A stretch of DNA of 36,424 nt from an uncultured Thermomicrobiales bacterium (GTDB lineage Bacteria; Chloroflexota; Chloroflexia; Thermomicrobiales; Thermomicrobiaceae). The notes under the pieces are model-generated. The model was given only the letters and a program-made list of their open reading frames with translations. It was not told the origin of the DNA and did not search any database. Shown here piece after piece: positions 1 to 7,710 of this stretch. Positions within the stretch are counted from its first letter, which is position 1. Each line of letters begins with the position of its first letter. The position numbers and the translations under genes are program-made. The DNA lies in the NCBI GenBank assembly GCA_937891245.1, contig CALAGB010000229.1, positions 1-36,424 of the forward strand. The letters are read 5' to 3'.

Positions 1-932
1 ACGAGCAGACGAGCGTCTCCCAGATGGAGCAGCCGATTCCGGTCGGCACCGGTTCCGGCTTCATTTATGACGATCAGGGCCACATTCTGACGAACAACCA
101 TGTCGTGGAAGGCGCTCAGAGTCTGGTCGTGACGCTCCCCGACGGCCGGACGTTCAAGGATAAGGACGTCAAGGTGGTCGGCACCGATCCACAGACCGAC
201 CTGGCCGTATTGCAGATCACCGGCAGCAACCTACCGACCGTCAAGCTGGGCAATTCGTCCGAGATGCAGGTTGGGCAGTGGGTAGTCGCCGTTGGCTACG
301 CGCTGGCGCTCGAAGGACAGCCAACCGTGACATCCGGTGTCGTGAGCGCGGTCGACCGCACCGTGCAGGAGCCGGGCAATGACAGCGGCAATCCGTTCCA
401 GCAGCAGCAAGCCGGTCCGTTCCTGTTCGACGTCATCCAGACCGACGCGGCGATCAACCCCGGCAACTCGGGTGGGCCGTTGGTGAATCTCAACGGCGAG
501 GTCATCGGCATCAATACGCTCGAAGCGGGTAGTGCTGAGCCGGGCGTGCAGGCGCAGGGCATCGGCTTTGCCATCGCCATCGACACGGCCAAGAAGATCG
601 CCAATGAGATCGTCACCACCGGGCACGCGACACACCCGTTCGTTGGCGTCAACTATCTCGCGCTTTCGCCGGCCGCCGCGGCGCAGTTGGACATCACCGC
701 TACGCAGGGCGCCTTGATCGAGAGCGTCGTCAATGGCTCGCCGGCCGAAAGCGCCGGTTTGCAGAAGGGCGACGTCGTAACGAAGATCGACGGCACGGAA
801 TTGAAGACCGAATCAGCCTTCGCCGAGATTATCGACAGCCATGAACCGGGTGACGTCGTCAGTCTCACCGTGGAACGAAACGGTCAGGAGATGACGATCA
901 AGGTCACCCTCGGGACGCGCCCTTCCTCGTAA
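1..932 (+). CDS. htrA: HtrA/DegP-family serine protease (trypsin-like domain plus PDZ), 5' end outside window
   Basis: The frame stays open upstream of the listed Met to the window edge. It has the catalytic motifs TNNHVV (His) and GNSGGPL (Ser) and a C-terminal PDZ-like segment GLQKGDVVTKIDG. GC3 bias is strong. Confidence 0.9.
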   Translation, partial: EQTSVSQMEQPIPVGTGSGFIYDDQGHILTNNHVVEGAQSLVVTLPDGRTFKDKDVKVVGTDPQTDLAVLQITGSNLPTVKLGNSSEMQVGQWVVAVGYALALEGQPTVTSGVVSAVDRTVQEPGNDSGNPFQQQQAGPFLFDVIQTDAAINPGNSGGPLVNLNGEVIGINTLEAGSAEPGVQAQGIGFAIAIDTAKKIANEIVTTGHATHPFVGVNYLALSPAAAAQLDITATQGALIESVVNGSPAESAGLQKGDVVTKIDGTELKTESAFAEIIDSHEPGDVVSLTVERNGQEMTIKVTLGTRPSS

Positions 933-1268
933 GGCGCACAACAGCGAATTCACAAAGGCGCGGCTATCCAGCCGCGCCTTTCGCGTTGGGTGGCCCAGCC
1001 TACTCCGCAAGCGATGAGAGAGGCGAGCGATGAGGTGAGAGCCGCCGAAATAGCGTATCGCCTGCCGCTCGGCCCGGCGCAGGAGCGGGTTCGGCAGGTA
1101 ATCGTAACCGCCCGGCGGCAGAGCGATATCGCCGCCGTAGTTCAGCTTGTAGTACGAGCGGCCATGTTGTTCGGGAGTCACGCTGCCGCTGCCGTCGAGC
1201 ACCATCCGCGCCAGGGCCGGGTCGATGCCCTCCAGAAGGTACGGGTTCGGCAGATTAAGGTGAGGCAA
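813..1268 (-). CDS. Doubtful hypothetical ORF or gene remnant lying between two terminators
   Basis: It has a TTG start directly next to the 1272-1297 hairpin. Codon usage looks coding only for roughly 1030-1268 (NPYLLEGIDPALARMVLDGSG...YFGG). The frame then reads through the 954-981 terminator and 120 nt into htrA. Confidence 0.2.
   Translation of the reverse strand: MPHLNLPNPYLLEGIDPALARMVLDGSGSVTPEQHGRSYYKLNYGGDIALPPGGYDYLPNPLLRRAERQAIRYFGGSHLIARLSHRLRSRLGHPTRKARLDSRAFVNSLLCALRGRARPEGDLDRHLLTVSFHGETDDVTRFMAVDNLGEG
954..981. terminator. Bidirectional rho-independent terminator after htrA
   Basis: The hairpin is aaaGGCGCGGC-tatcca-GCCGCGCCttt, a perfect 8-bp GC stem flanked by A and T runs, about 22 nt after the htrA stop. 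Confidence 0.6.
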
Positions 1269-1271
1269 AAC

Positions 1272-1297
1272 AAAAACCGCGCCGGGCGGCGCGGTTT
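1272..1297 (-). terminator. Rho-independent terminator of the DUF1684 gene
   Basis: The hairpin is aaaaACCGCGCC-gggc-GGCGCGGTttt. On the minus strand it is followed by a tttttgtttt tract, and it lies 25 nt after the stop at 1322. Confidence 0.65.
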
Positions 1298-1321
1298 ACG
1301 CGTCGGGTTGATCTCTGATAT

Positions 1322-1858
1322 TTAGGCCGAGCGATCGAAGGCGCGCTCACCCGCCCGGATCTCAACCGTCGTGCGGTTCTGGAACGGCGGGATGACGCAG
1401 ACGAAGTGATCGCCATAGGCGCAGTACGGGTTGTAAGCATAGTTGAAGTCGATAATCAACGTGCCGCGCGGCGTCTCCTGCGGATCGACATAGCGCCCCG
1501 CACCGTACGTTTCGTGGCCGGCCGTTCCATCGCGGAACGGCAGGAAATAGCGGCCGCGCCCCTGCTCGCGGAAGACGACGAAGCGCACCGTCTCGCCCGC
1601 GATCGGGATCTCCACCCAGCCGGCCGGTATATACGTCTTCGCCTCGTCGGTGCCGGTACCGACTTCAATCGGCGCCAAATCCAGCGTCGCCTCTTCCAAC
1701 GTCACTTCAAAGCGGAGCGCCGGATCCTCCGGATAATAGTCGAGCGCCGAGAACGACGCTTTCTGCTCGGGAATCAACGGTGAATTCTGGTGTTCCCGAA
1801 AATACGAATCGCGATTCGCCCGGAACCGCCCCAGCCGGGATGTCGCCTGTGTTGCCAT
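1322..1858 (-). CDS. DUF1684 family protein
   Basis: The segments YFREHQNSPL...DYYPEDPALRF...FREQGRGRYFLPFRDGTAGHETYGAGRY...DFNYAYNPYCAY are typical of DUF1684. I chose the start at Met50 of the listed ORF (MATQATS, ATG at 1856-1858), because the upstream extension has non-coding character. Confidence 0.8.
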   Translation of the reverse strand: MATQATSRLGRFRANRDSYFREHQNSPLIPEQKASFSALDYYPEDPALRFEVTLEEATLDLAPIEVGTGTDEAKTYIPAGWVEIPIAGETVRFVVFREQGRGRYFLPFRDGTAGHETYGAGRYVDPQETPRGTLIIDFNYAYNPYCAYGDHFVCVIPPFQNRTTVEIRAGERAFDRSA

Positions 1859-2083
1859 TGCGGCCCTTCCATGTTCGCTGTCGGATGACCGATCTCTGCT
1901 GCCCACCACCTTCATTTTACGACAGCACGCCAGAGTACGTACGACCACCGGCATACTGGTCGGGATGACAAGGTGGGGAGGGATGGCCTGGATCCTCGAT
2001 TGCACTTCGTACCAATTTCAGGCGGAGATGTCACAAAAACGACACGTCATGCACTATGTAGAGTGAAGGGGGGGAAGACGAGC

Positions 2084-2580
2084 GTGCCTCACTCCGCCGC
2101 CAGGGCATGGGAACTTGGCCAGTCGGATGTCGAACTGATCGCGGCGGCCCGCTCGGGTTCGACCCTGGCCTTCGAGGTGCTCGCCGACCGTTATTACCTG
2201 GTCATTCAGCAGTACCTTATTCGTCAGACCGGTGATCCGGAACTTGCGGCCGATAGCGAATTCCGGAGGATCGCCCCCTGATCGCCTGGCTCTACCTGAT
2301 CGCGCGCAACAACCTTCGTCCGATCCGACGGCAGCAACGACGCTTCCAGTTCCTCTCGATCGATCGACTGCTGCGGACGATCAGCGCCTCCTTCCCGGCG
2401 TTGCACCAGCGTGACATCGCGCTTGATGCCGGCGATCAGGATCTGATCCAACAGACGCTCAACCGGCTCGCACCAGCGGTCCCTGCTGACACCATCGCTC
2501 ATTCCAAAAGTTCCTTCCTCCCCATCCTTCCTCAGTTGGCCGCCTGGGCTGTCCCCGCACCCAGGCGGCTCCCTCTTTAA
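2084..2580 (+). pseudogene. Decayed ECF (sigma-70 family) sigma factor gene
   Basis: Region 2 is split over two frames. DVELIAAARSGSTLAFEVLADRYYLVIQQYLIRQTGDPELAAD lies in frame 2 and stops at 2281. IAWLYLIARNNLRPIRRQQRR (region 2.4-like) lies in frame 1. The spacer between them is too short, and no recognisable region 4 HTH follows. Confidence 0.5.
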
Positions 2581-2735
2581 CGGGAGATTGCGAACGCGCT
2601 CTTGACGGCATGCCCTCGCCGCCCTACGCTTCCCGCAAACCGGCACGATCGAACGCGCGGGCGTCATCGCGGCAGGTCAGTCTGGCCAGCCGGAGCAGCA
2701 CGCGCTCGCGCGAAGAACCCGATGGAGCACCCTCC

Positions 2736-3248
2736 ATGCCTGTCTCGGTGAAACATTCGCAACTGATTTATGATGCGCTGAAAGCGTGCGACGTTCAGCT
2801 CGTCTCGGCGCTACCGGAAACCTGGCTCGTCCATCTGATCCATATGGCCGAGGACGATCCGGAGATGACGCTTGTGCGGCTGGCGAAGGAAGAGGAAGGC
2901 GTCGGCATTTCGGCCGGGGCGCATCTGGCCGGGGTCAAATCGGCGATGCTGATGCAGAACCACGGCTTCCTGGCCAGCATCAACGGCATTGTCTCGCTGG
3001 CGCACCTCTACCACATCCCACTGCTCATGCTGATCAGCTACCGCGGCGAATTCGGCGAGCGCGATCCCTGGCAGACCCAGGGCGGCATGTCGACCGAGCC
3101 GCTCTTACGCAGTCTCGGCATCCCCTACGACCGGCTCGACGATCCGACGCACGTCGCCTCGCGCATCGCCAAGGCGCAGACGCTGGCCGAATCGTCGCTC
3201 TCGCCGGTGGCGTTGCTGCTCGGCCGTGATTTGATGTGGGAGGACTAA
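2736..3248 (+). CDS. ThDP-dependent decarboxylase, alpha subunit (sulfopyruvate/phosphonopyruvate decarboxylase-like, N-terminal pyrimidine-binding domain)
   Basis: MPVSVKHSQLIYDALKACDVQLVSALPE...EEEGVGISAGAHLAG matches the ThDP-enzyme N-domain with the conserved Glu. A GGAG lies 8 nt upstream of the ATG at 2736. The 5' extension in the ORF track is Arg/Ser-rich junk. Confidence 0.7.
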   Translation: MPVSVKHSQLIYDALKACDVQLVSALPETWLVHLIHMAEDDPEMTLVRLAKEEEGVGISAGAHLAGVKSAMLMQNHGFLASINGIVSLAHLYHIPLLMLISYRGEFGERDPWQTQGGMSTEPLLRSLGIPYDRLDDPTHVASRIAKAQTLAESSLSPVALLLGRDLMWED

Positions 3249-3823
3249 TGCTGCGTATCGACGCCATGCGGGCGATCTATCCCGACCTCGAACAGTGCGT
3301 CGTCGTGACGATCATGGGCGCCGTCTCGGCCGAATTGCAGTCGATCGGCCACCGCCCCAACTTCTTCTATCTCCAGCACGCCATGGGGCTGGCATCCTCG
3401 ATGGGCCTCGGCATCGCGCTCAGCCGCCCAGAACTGCCGGTCGTCGTGCTCGATGGCGACGGCTCGATTCTGATGAACCTCGGCAGCCTGACAACGCTGG
3501 CACGTTATCGCCCGAAGAACCTGATTCATGTCGTCTTCGATAACGAGAGCCTGCTGTCGGTCGGCGGCTTCCCGACCGCGACCTCGACCGGCAGCGACAT
3601 CGCCGAGATGGCGGCCTCGGCCGGCATCCCCAACACCTGTAACGTCGACAACCTCGGTGCTTTTACCGATTCATTTGCCACGGCCCGCGCGGCGGGTGAA
3701 CTGTCGACGATCGTGGCCAAGGTCGAGGCAAAGGGGCCGCCGGTCTTCCTGACCGACCTGCCGTTGCTGGAGAATCGCTTCCAGTTCCAGCGCCATCTAC
3801 GGAATCTGCGCGCGACCGGCTAG
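3248..3823 (+). CDS. ThDP-dependent decarboxylase, beta subunit (diphosphate-binding domain)
   Basis: It carries the ThDP-binding motif LDGDGSILMNLGSLTT...DN. A TAATG stop/start overlap with the alpha gene and a GGGAGGA Shine-Dalgarno indicate translational coupling. Confidence 0.7.
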   Translation: MLRIDAMRAIYPDLEQCVVVTIMGAVSAELQSIGHRPNFFYLQHAMGLASSMGLGIALSRPELPVVVLDGDGSILMNLGSLTTLARYRPKNLIHVVFDNESLLSVGGFPTATSTGSDIAEMAASAGIPNTCNVDNLGAFTDSFATARAAGELSTIVAKVEAKGPPVFLTDLPLLENRFQFQRHLRNLRATG

Positions 3824-3852
3824 CCGGTGCAGCAATCGACAAGGAGTGTCCG

Positions 3853-4632
3853 ATGTCTTCTCTCCTGAATGACCTGGTTGCGGCCCTCTCGAGCGGTCAG
3901 CTCCGTGTGATCGATCTGACGCAGCCGCTGGAACCGTCCACGCCGGTCATCGAACTGCCGCCGATGTTCGCACCCTCGCCCGGCTTTTCGATCGAACAGA
4001 TTTCGCGTTACGACGAGGCCGGCCCAGGCTGGTACTGGAACACGATTCAGCTTGGCGAGCACACCGGCACGCATTTCGACGCACCGGTCCACTGGGTGAC
4101 CGGCAAGGATCTGCCGAACAACCCCTGCGACACGATTCCACCAGCACACTTCGTCGGCCCCGCCTGCGTCATCGACGTCTGTACCCAATGCACCGAGAAC
4201 TCCGACTATCTGCTGACGGTCGACGACCTGCTTTCCTGGGAAGCGGAACATGGCCGTGTGCCGTCCGGCGCCTGGCTGCTGCTGCGCACCGGCTGGGCCG
4301 AACGCACTGACCCGAAGGAGTTCTTCAACGTCGACGAAAACGGCGCGCATACACCCGGGTTCGATCAGGCGACGTCGCTCCTGCTGGCGACCGAGCGCGA
4401 TGTGCTCGGTGTCGGCGTCGAGACGGTTGGCACTGACGCCGGTCAGGCTGGCACCTTCAACCCAGCCTTCCCCAACCACGCGACGATGCACGGCCACGGC
4501 AAATACGGCCTCACCAGCCTCTGCCATCTCGACCAACTGCCGCCGACCGGCGCCGTCCTCATCGCCGCGCCGCTCAAGATCGTCGACGGCAGCGGCAGCC
4601 CGGTACGGGTGCTGGCGATCGTGGAGGGGTAA
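3853..4632 (+). CDS. Cyclase family protein (kynurenine formamidase-like, PF04199-type)
   Basis: It has the signature metal motif HTGTHFDAPVHW and is about 260 aa long. It follows the decarboxylase genes after a 29-nt gap. Confidence 0.8.
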   Translation: MSSLLNDLVAALSSGQLRVIDLTQPLEPSTPVIELPPMFAPSPGFSIEQISRYDEAGPGWYWNTIQLGEHTGTHFDAPVHWVTGKDLPNNPCDTIPPAHFVGPACVIDVCTQCTENSDYLLTVDDLLSWEAEHGRVPSGAWLLLRTGWAERTDPKEFFNVDENGAHTPGFDQATSLLLATERDVLGVGVETVGTDAGQAGTFNPAFPNHATMHGHGKYGLTSLCHLDQLPPTGAVLIAAPLKIVDGSGSPVRVLAIVEG

Positions 4633-4637
4633 CGAGC

Positions 4638-4842
4638 AGCCCTCACCCCCAGCCGGTCCCTCTCCCGAACTCCCTCCCCATGGGCGGGAGAACCATCTCT
4701 CAATTCTGGGAGAGGGGAGGAATCGAGCGGCTTAAGCCACGCTTATCCCCTTCCCCCTACACACGCAGCATGGAACACGACCAACTTCCCCCAAGACACC
4801 TCTCTCCCGTCGCGAACGGGAGAGGGGCCGGGGGTGAGGGCC
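4638..4842. repeat. Intergenic GC-rich palindromic repeat element, family 1, copy A
   Basis: The terminal inverted arms are ccctcacccccagccggtccctctcccg (4640-4667) and cgggagaggggccgggggtgaggg (4817-4840). Internal stem-loops are present. The reverse complement of 4700-4842 is colinear with 23257-23407. Confidence 0.7.
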
Positions 4843-4849
4843 TCCCCGA

Positions 4850-5785
4850 CTACCCGTATGCCCCCAATATCGCCTCCACCTGCTCCTTTATCGCCACAAT
4901 CAGCTCCTCCGGAGATTCGACGATCGCTTCGGTGCCGACCGGCAGGAGCTGGGCGGCGAACCAGGTGACTTCGGAGGCAGGGATGTTTCCTTCGATGACA
5001 CCGCCGGAACTGGTTTCGCGGATGTCGTCGAAGAGGGCGCGCAGGTTGAAGTTCTTGAGGCCACGCCGTGTCACGCGGATACGGAGCGGCAGGCCGCTGC
5101 CGTCGTCGTGCTCGACGATATCGAACCAGTTGTCGAGCGAAATATGCTCCGGTCGCTCGAACCCTTCGACGCGTTCCAGCGTCAGTATTCGATCAACGCG
5201 CAGCGAGAGGTTACGATCGCGCTTGTCGTCGTGGCAGGCGCAATACCAGTAGCCATCCGAGGCGAAGAGGCCGAAGGGAAAGATCACGCGGGTCGAGTGC
5301 CCCGAGCGGCCGTCGTAGTCAATCCGCAGGTGCACGCCGTCGAGCGCGGCCTGCAAGAGATCGGGCAGGAACGGGACATCGGTGCGCGGCGGACGGCTGA
5401 TGATCGCCACGTGGCGCCGCAGCCGGTCAAGCTCCTGCACCGTTTCGGCCGGCAGCGCTGCGCGAAGGCGGGTCACTGCCGAGAGATTCTGTTCCGAAAA
5501 GGGCGATTGGGCGTAGCGCAAGAAGCCTTCGTAGGAGATCAGCATGCCGAGCGCTTCGTCGACTGTGAGCGAGAGCGGCAAGAGACGGCGATCGCGAATC
5601 AGCGAATAGCCGCCGCCGGGGCCGGGCCGCGAGGCGAGCGGCACGCCCATCTCCGACAGCGCCAGGAGATCGCGCTGCATCGTGCGACGAGAAACGCCGA
5701 ATTCCTCGGCCAGCTCATCGACCGAGAAACGCGCTTTGGCTTCCAGCCGGAGCAGTAGCTCCAGAATACGGGTCGCGCGCGACAT
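4850..5785 (-). CDS. YafY-family transcriptional regulator (HTH, WYL and C-terminal extension domains)
   Basis: The N-terminal HTH is RILELLLRLEAKARFSVDELAEEFGVSRRTMQRDLLALSEMGVPL. The central WYL-type segment is VIFPFGLFASDGYWYCACHDDKRDRNLSLRVDRI. Length is about 310 aa. Confidence 0.85.
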   Translation of the reverse strand: MSRATRILELLLRLEAKARFSVDELAEEFGVSRRTMQRDLLALSEMGVPLASRPGPGGGYSLIRDRRLLPLSLTVDEALGMLISYEGFLRYAQSPFSEQNLSAVTRLRAALPAETVQELDRLRRHVAIISRPPRTDVPFLPDLLQAALDGVHLRIDYDGRSGHSTRVIFPFGLFASDGYWYCACHDDKRDRNLSLRVDRILTLERVEGFERPEHISLDNWFDIVEHDDGSGLPLRIRVTRRGLKNFNLRALFDDIRETSSGGVIEGNIPASEVTWFAAQLLPVGTEAIVESPEELIVAIKEQVEAILGAYG

Positions 5786-5913
5786 GCCGTCCCCGTCCGC
5801 GAATTCGTGACGCGATCTGTCACCATTGTACGTTATTCTGGAACACGAGCGCCGATCACGATCCGTCGAAAACCGGCGCTCCGGTTGATTTCTGTTCTGA
5901 GAGGAGCCAAATC

Positions 5914-6819
5914 GTGCTCACGCACGCCAACCTCGATGCGGCTGAAACTTTCATCTGGAATACCGCCCGCGTCATCGATCGTCGTCGCTTCGAGTACCTC
6001 TTCAAAAACGGTGAGGCCGAGCCGGTCGTCGATGCGCTCCGCGCCTATCGCAACACCGATGGCGGCTTCGGCCACGCGCTGGAGCCGGATGATCGTGGTT
6101 CCGAGAGCCAGCCGCTTCCCGCGCTCACCGCACTGCACCTACTCGACGAGGCCGGGCACTTCGATGACCCAATGGTGGCCGCATTGCTCGATTGGTTCGT
6201 CGCCAACAGCACGCCGGATGGCGCCCTGCCGAGCGGCATACCGACCGCGCGCGACTACCCGCATGCGCCCTGGTGGAACATCCCCGAAGGGGAGCCGGCC
6301 GGCTCCCTGCTCATGACGGCCAACATCGTTGGAGTGTTGCTCAAACATGATGTCCAGCATCCGTGGGTCGAACGGGCATCCGCCTTCTGCTGGCAGGCGA
6401 TCCACGCGATCGAGACGTCACACCCGTATGAGGTCGAAGGGATGCTGGCATTCCTCGATCATACCCCCGAGCGCGCTGAAGCCGAACGTGAAGCCGCGCG
6501 ACTTGGCGAGATCGTCGACGCGCAACAACTCGTGGTCCGCGATCCCGAAACCGCTTCGCCCGATGCGTCGGTCGGCTACGGTCCTGGTGAAATTCACACG
6601 CCTCTGAACTACGCGACGCGACCAACGAGTCTCGCGCGTCGCTGGTTCAGCGACGCCGAAATCGATCACAATCTCGATCTCCGCGAACGCGAGCAGCAGG
6701 AGGACGGCGGCTGGATGTTCAACTGGGGCCAGTGGAACGCCGCCTCCACCCTCGCCTGGCGCGGCGCGCTGACCGTCGACACGCTGGCGCTACTGCGCGC
6801 CTACGGACGAATGGAGTAG
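5914..6819 (+). CDS. Hypothetical protein with prenyltransferase/terpene-cyclase-like alpha/alpha-toroid repeats
   Basis: The GTG start is preceded by GAGAGGAG. The repeats NTDGGFGH and QEDGGWMFNWG resemble the DGGF/DGGW repeats of prenyltransferase beta-subunit or squalene-cyclase folds. The ORF has strong coding character. Confidence 0.55.
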   Translation: MLTHANLDAAETFIWNTARVIDRRRFEYLFKNGEAEPVVDALRAYRNTDGGFGHALEPDDRGSESQPLPALTALHLLDEAGHFDDPMVAALLDWFVANSTPDGALPSGIPTARDYPHAPWWNIPEGEPAGSLLMTANIVGVLLKHDVQHPWVERASAFCWQAIHAIETSHPYEVEGMLAFLDHTPERAEAEREAARLGEIVDAQQLVVRDPETASPDASVGYGPGEIHTPLNYATRPTSLARRWFSDAEIDHNLDLREREQQEDGGWMFNWGQWNAASTLAWRGALTVDTLALLRAYGRME

Positions 6820-6822
6820 CCG

Positions 6823-7710
6823 GTGACGACGAATATCAAAACGAACGTGATCGAGATCGGCGAGGCCGAACGGCAACGGCGCCTGGCCGCCTGGGGCCAG
6901 ACACCGGAGGAGCGCATCGATGGACCGGATGCGGGCCGCGCCATGATCGACCGGCTCGGCCTGGTGACCCTCTTTCCGGTCTCGTCCGAGATCCCCAATC
7001 TCTACCACGCTTTCATGGGCGATCCCGACGCGACGACCGATTCCGGCCACAGCTCTCCGTCCGGCGAGGTCTATAGCTGGCGCTGGACGCTTGGCGGGCA
7101 ACAGGCCGCCTTCTACGCCACGATCGTGCGCAACCGGCCAACCTGGGTCAGCTGGCCGCTGCTGCCAGCCATCCTGCGCCTGCGCGGCGAACTCCGTTCG
7201 GCCGAAGAACTCTACGACGCGGGCGAGATCTCAGCCAACGCCCTGCGCATCGGCGAAGCGCTCGAGGAAACAGGCACTCCGCTGGCGACCGCCGATTTGC
7301 GCCGTGCAGCCGGCTTCCCAACCGGCAAAGAGCAGCGCGCTGCATACCTCAAGGCGCTGGACGAACTTGATCGGCGGCTGCTCGTTGCCAAAGTCTTTTC
7401 GCCCGGGTCAACCGACATGAGCCACGCGCTGGTGCGCGTCCGCTATCCGGAGGCGTCGGCCGCCGCCGAGCAGCTGACGCGTGAGGCGGCGCTGGCGCAA
7501 CTGCTGGGGCTCTACCTGCCGGCCGCCGGTTATGTCGCGCCCTCGACACTGGCCAAGCAACTCGGCCTGCCGGAGCCTGAATTACGCTCGACGCTCGACC
7601 GCTTCGTCGCCAGCGGCGATCTCGCACCAGCGAAGCTCGAAGGACAGCGAGGTCAGTGCTACGTCTGGCAGGGAGGAAGCGCCGCTACGATGACTTCTTC
7701 CAGTTCTTGA
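6823..7710 (+). CDS. Hypothetical protein, possible winged-helix domains
   Basis: The GTG start lies 3 nt after the stop of the upstream gene, so the two are operonic. Codon bias is good and no catalytic motif was recognised. The C-terminal part (STLAKQLGLPEPELRSTLDRFVASGDL) looks wHTH-like. Confidence 0.5.
   Translation: MTTNIKTNVIEIGEAERQRRLAAWGQTPEERIDGPDAGRAMIDRLGLVTLFPVSSEIPNLYHAFMGDPDATTDSGHSSPSGEVYSWRWTLGGQQAAFYATIVRNRPTWVSWPLLPAILRLRGELRSAEELYDAGEISANALRIGEALEETGTPLATADLRRAAGFPTGKEQRAAYLKALDELDRRLLVAKVFSPGSTDMSHALVRVRYPEASAAAEQLTREAALAQLLGLYLPAAGYVAPSTLAKQLGLPEPELRSTLDRFVASGDLAPAKLEGQRGQCYVWQGGSAATMTSSSS

Noticed and set aside
2150-2175. GGTTCGA-containing stretches (also near 4349) that could hint at tRNA T-arms
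   Set aside because: The flanking bases do not form a T-stem or an acceptor stem, and both lie inside coding or pseudogene frames. No tRNA-like cloverleaf can be drawn.
3820-4536. Long antisense ORFs opposite real genes (3820-4536, 5108-5758, 11703-12500, 18257-19048, 26820-27584, 28311-28988, 34856-35623 and similar)
   Set aside because: Each overlaps a motif-supported gene on the other strand. They have low-complexity Arg/Pro/Gly-rich translations and the wrong third-position bias, so I treat them as GC-driven shadow ORFs.
7685-7710. 26-nt convergent overlap between the 6823-7710 gene and the SBP gene as a regulatory feature
   Set aside because: Short 3' overlaps of convergent genes are common in compact GC-rich genomes, and no additional structure is seen there.
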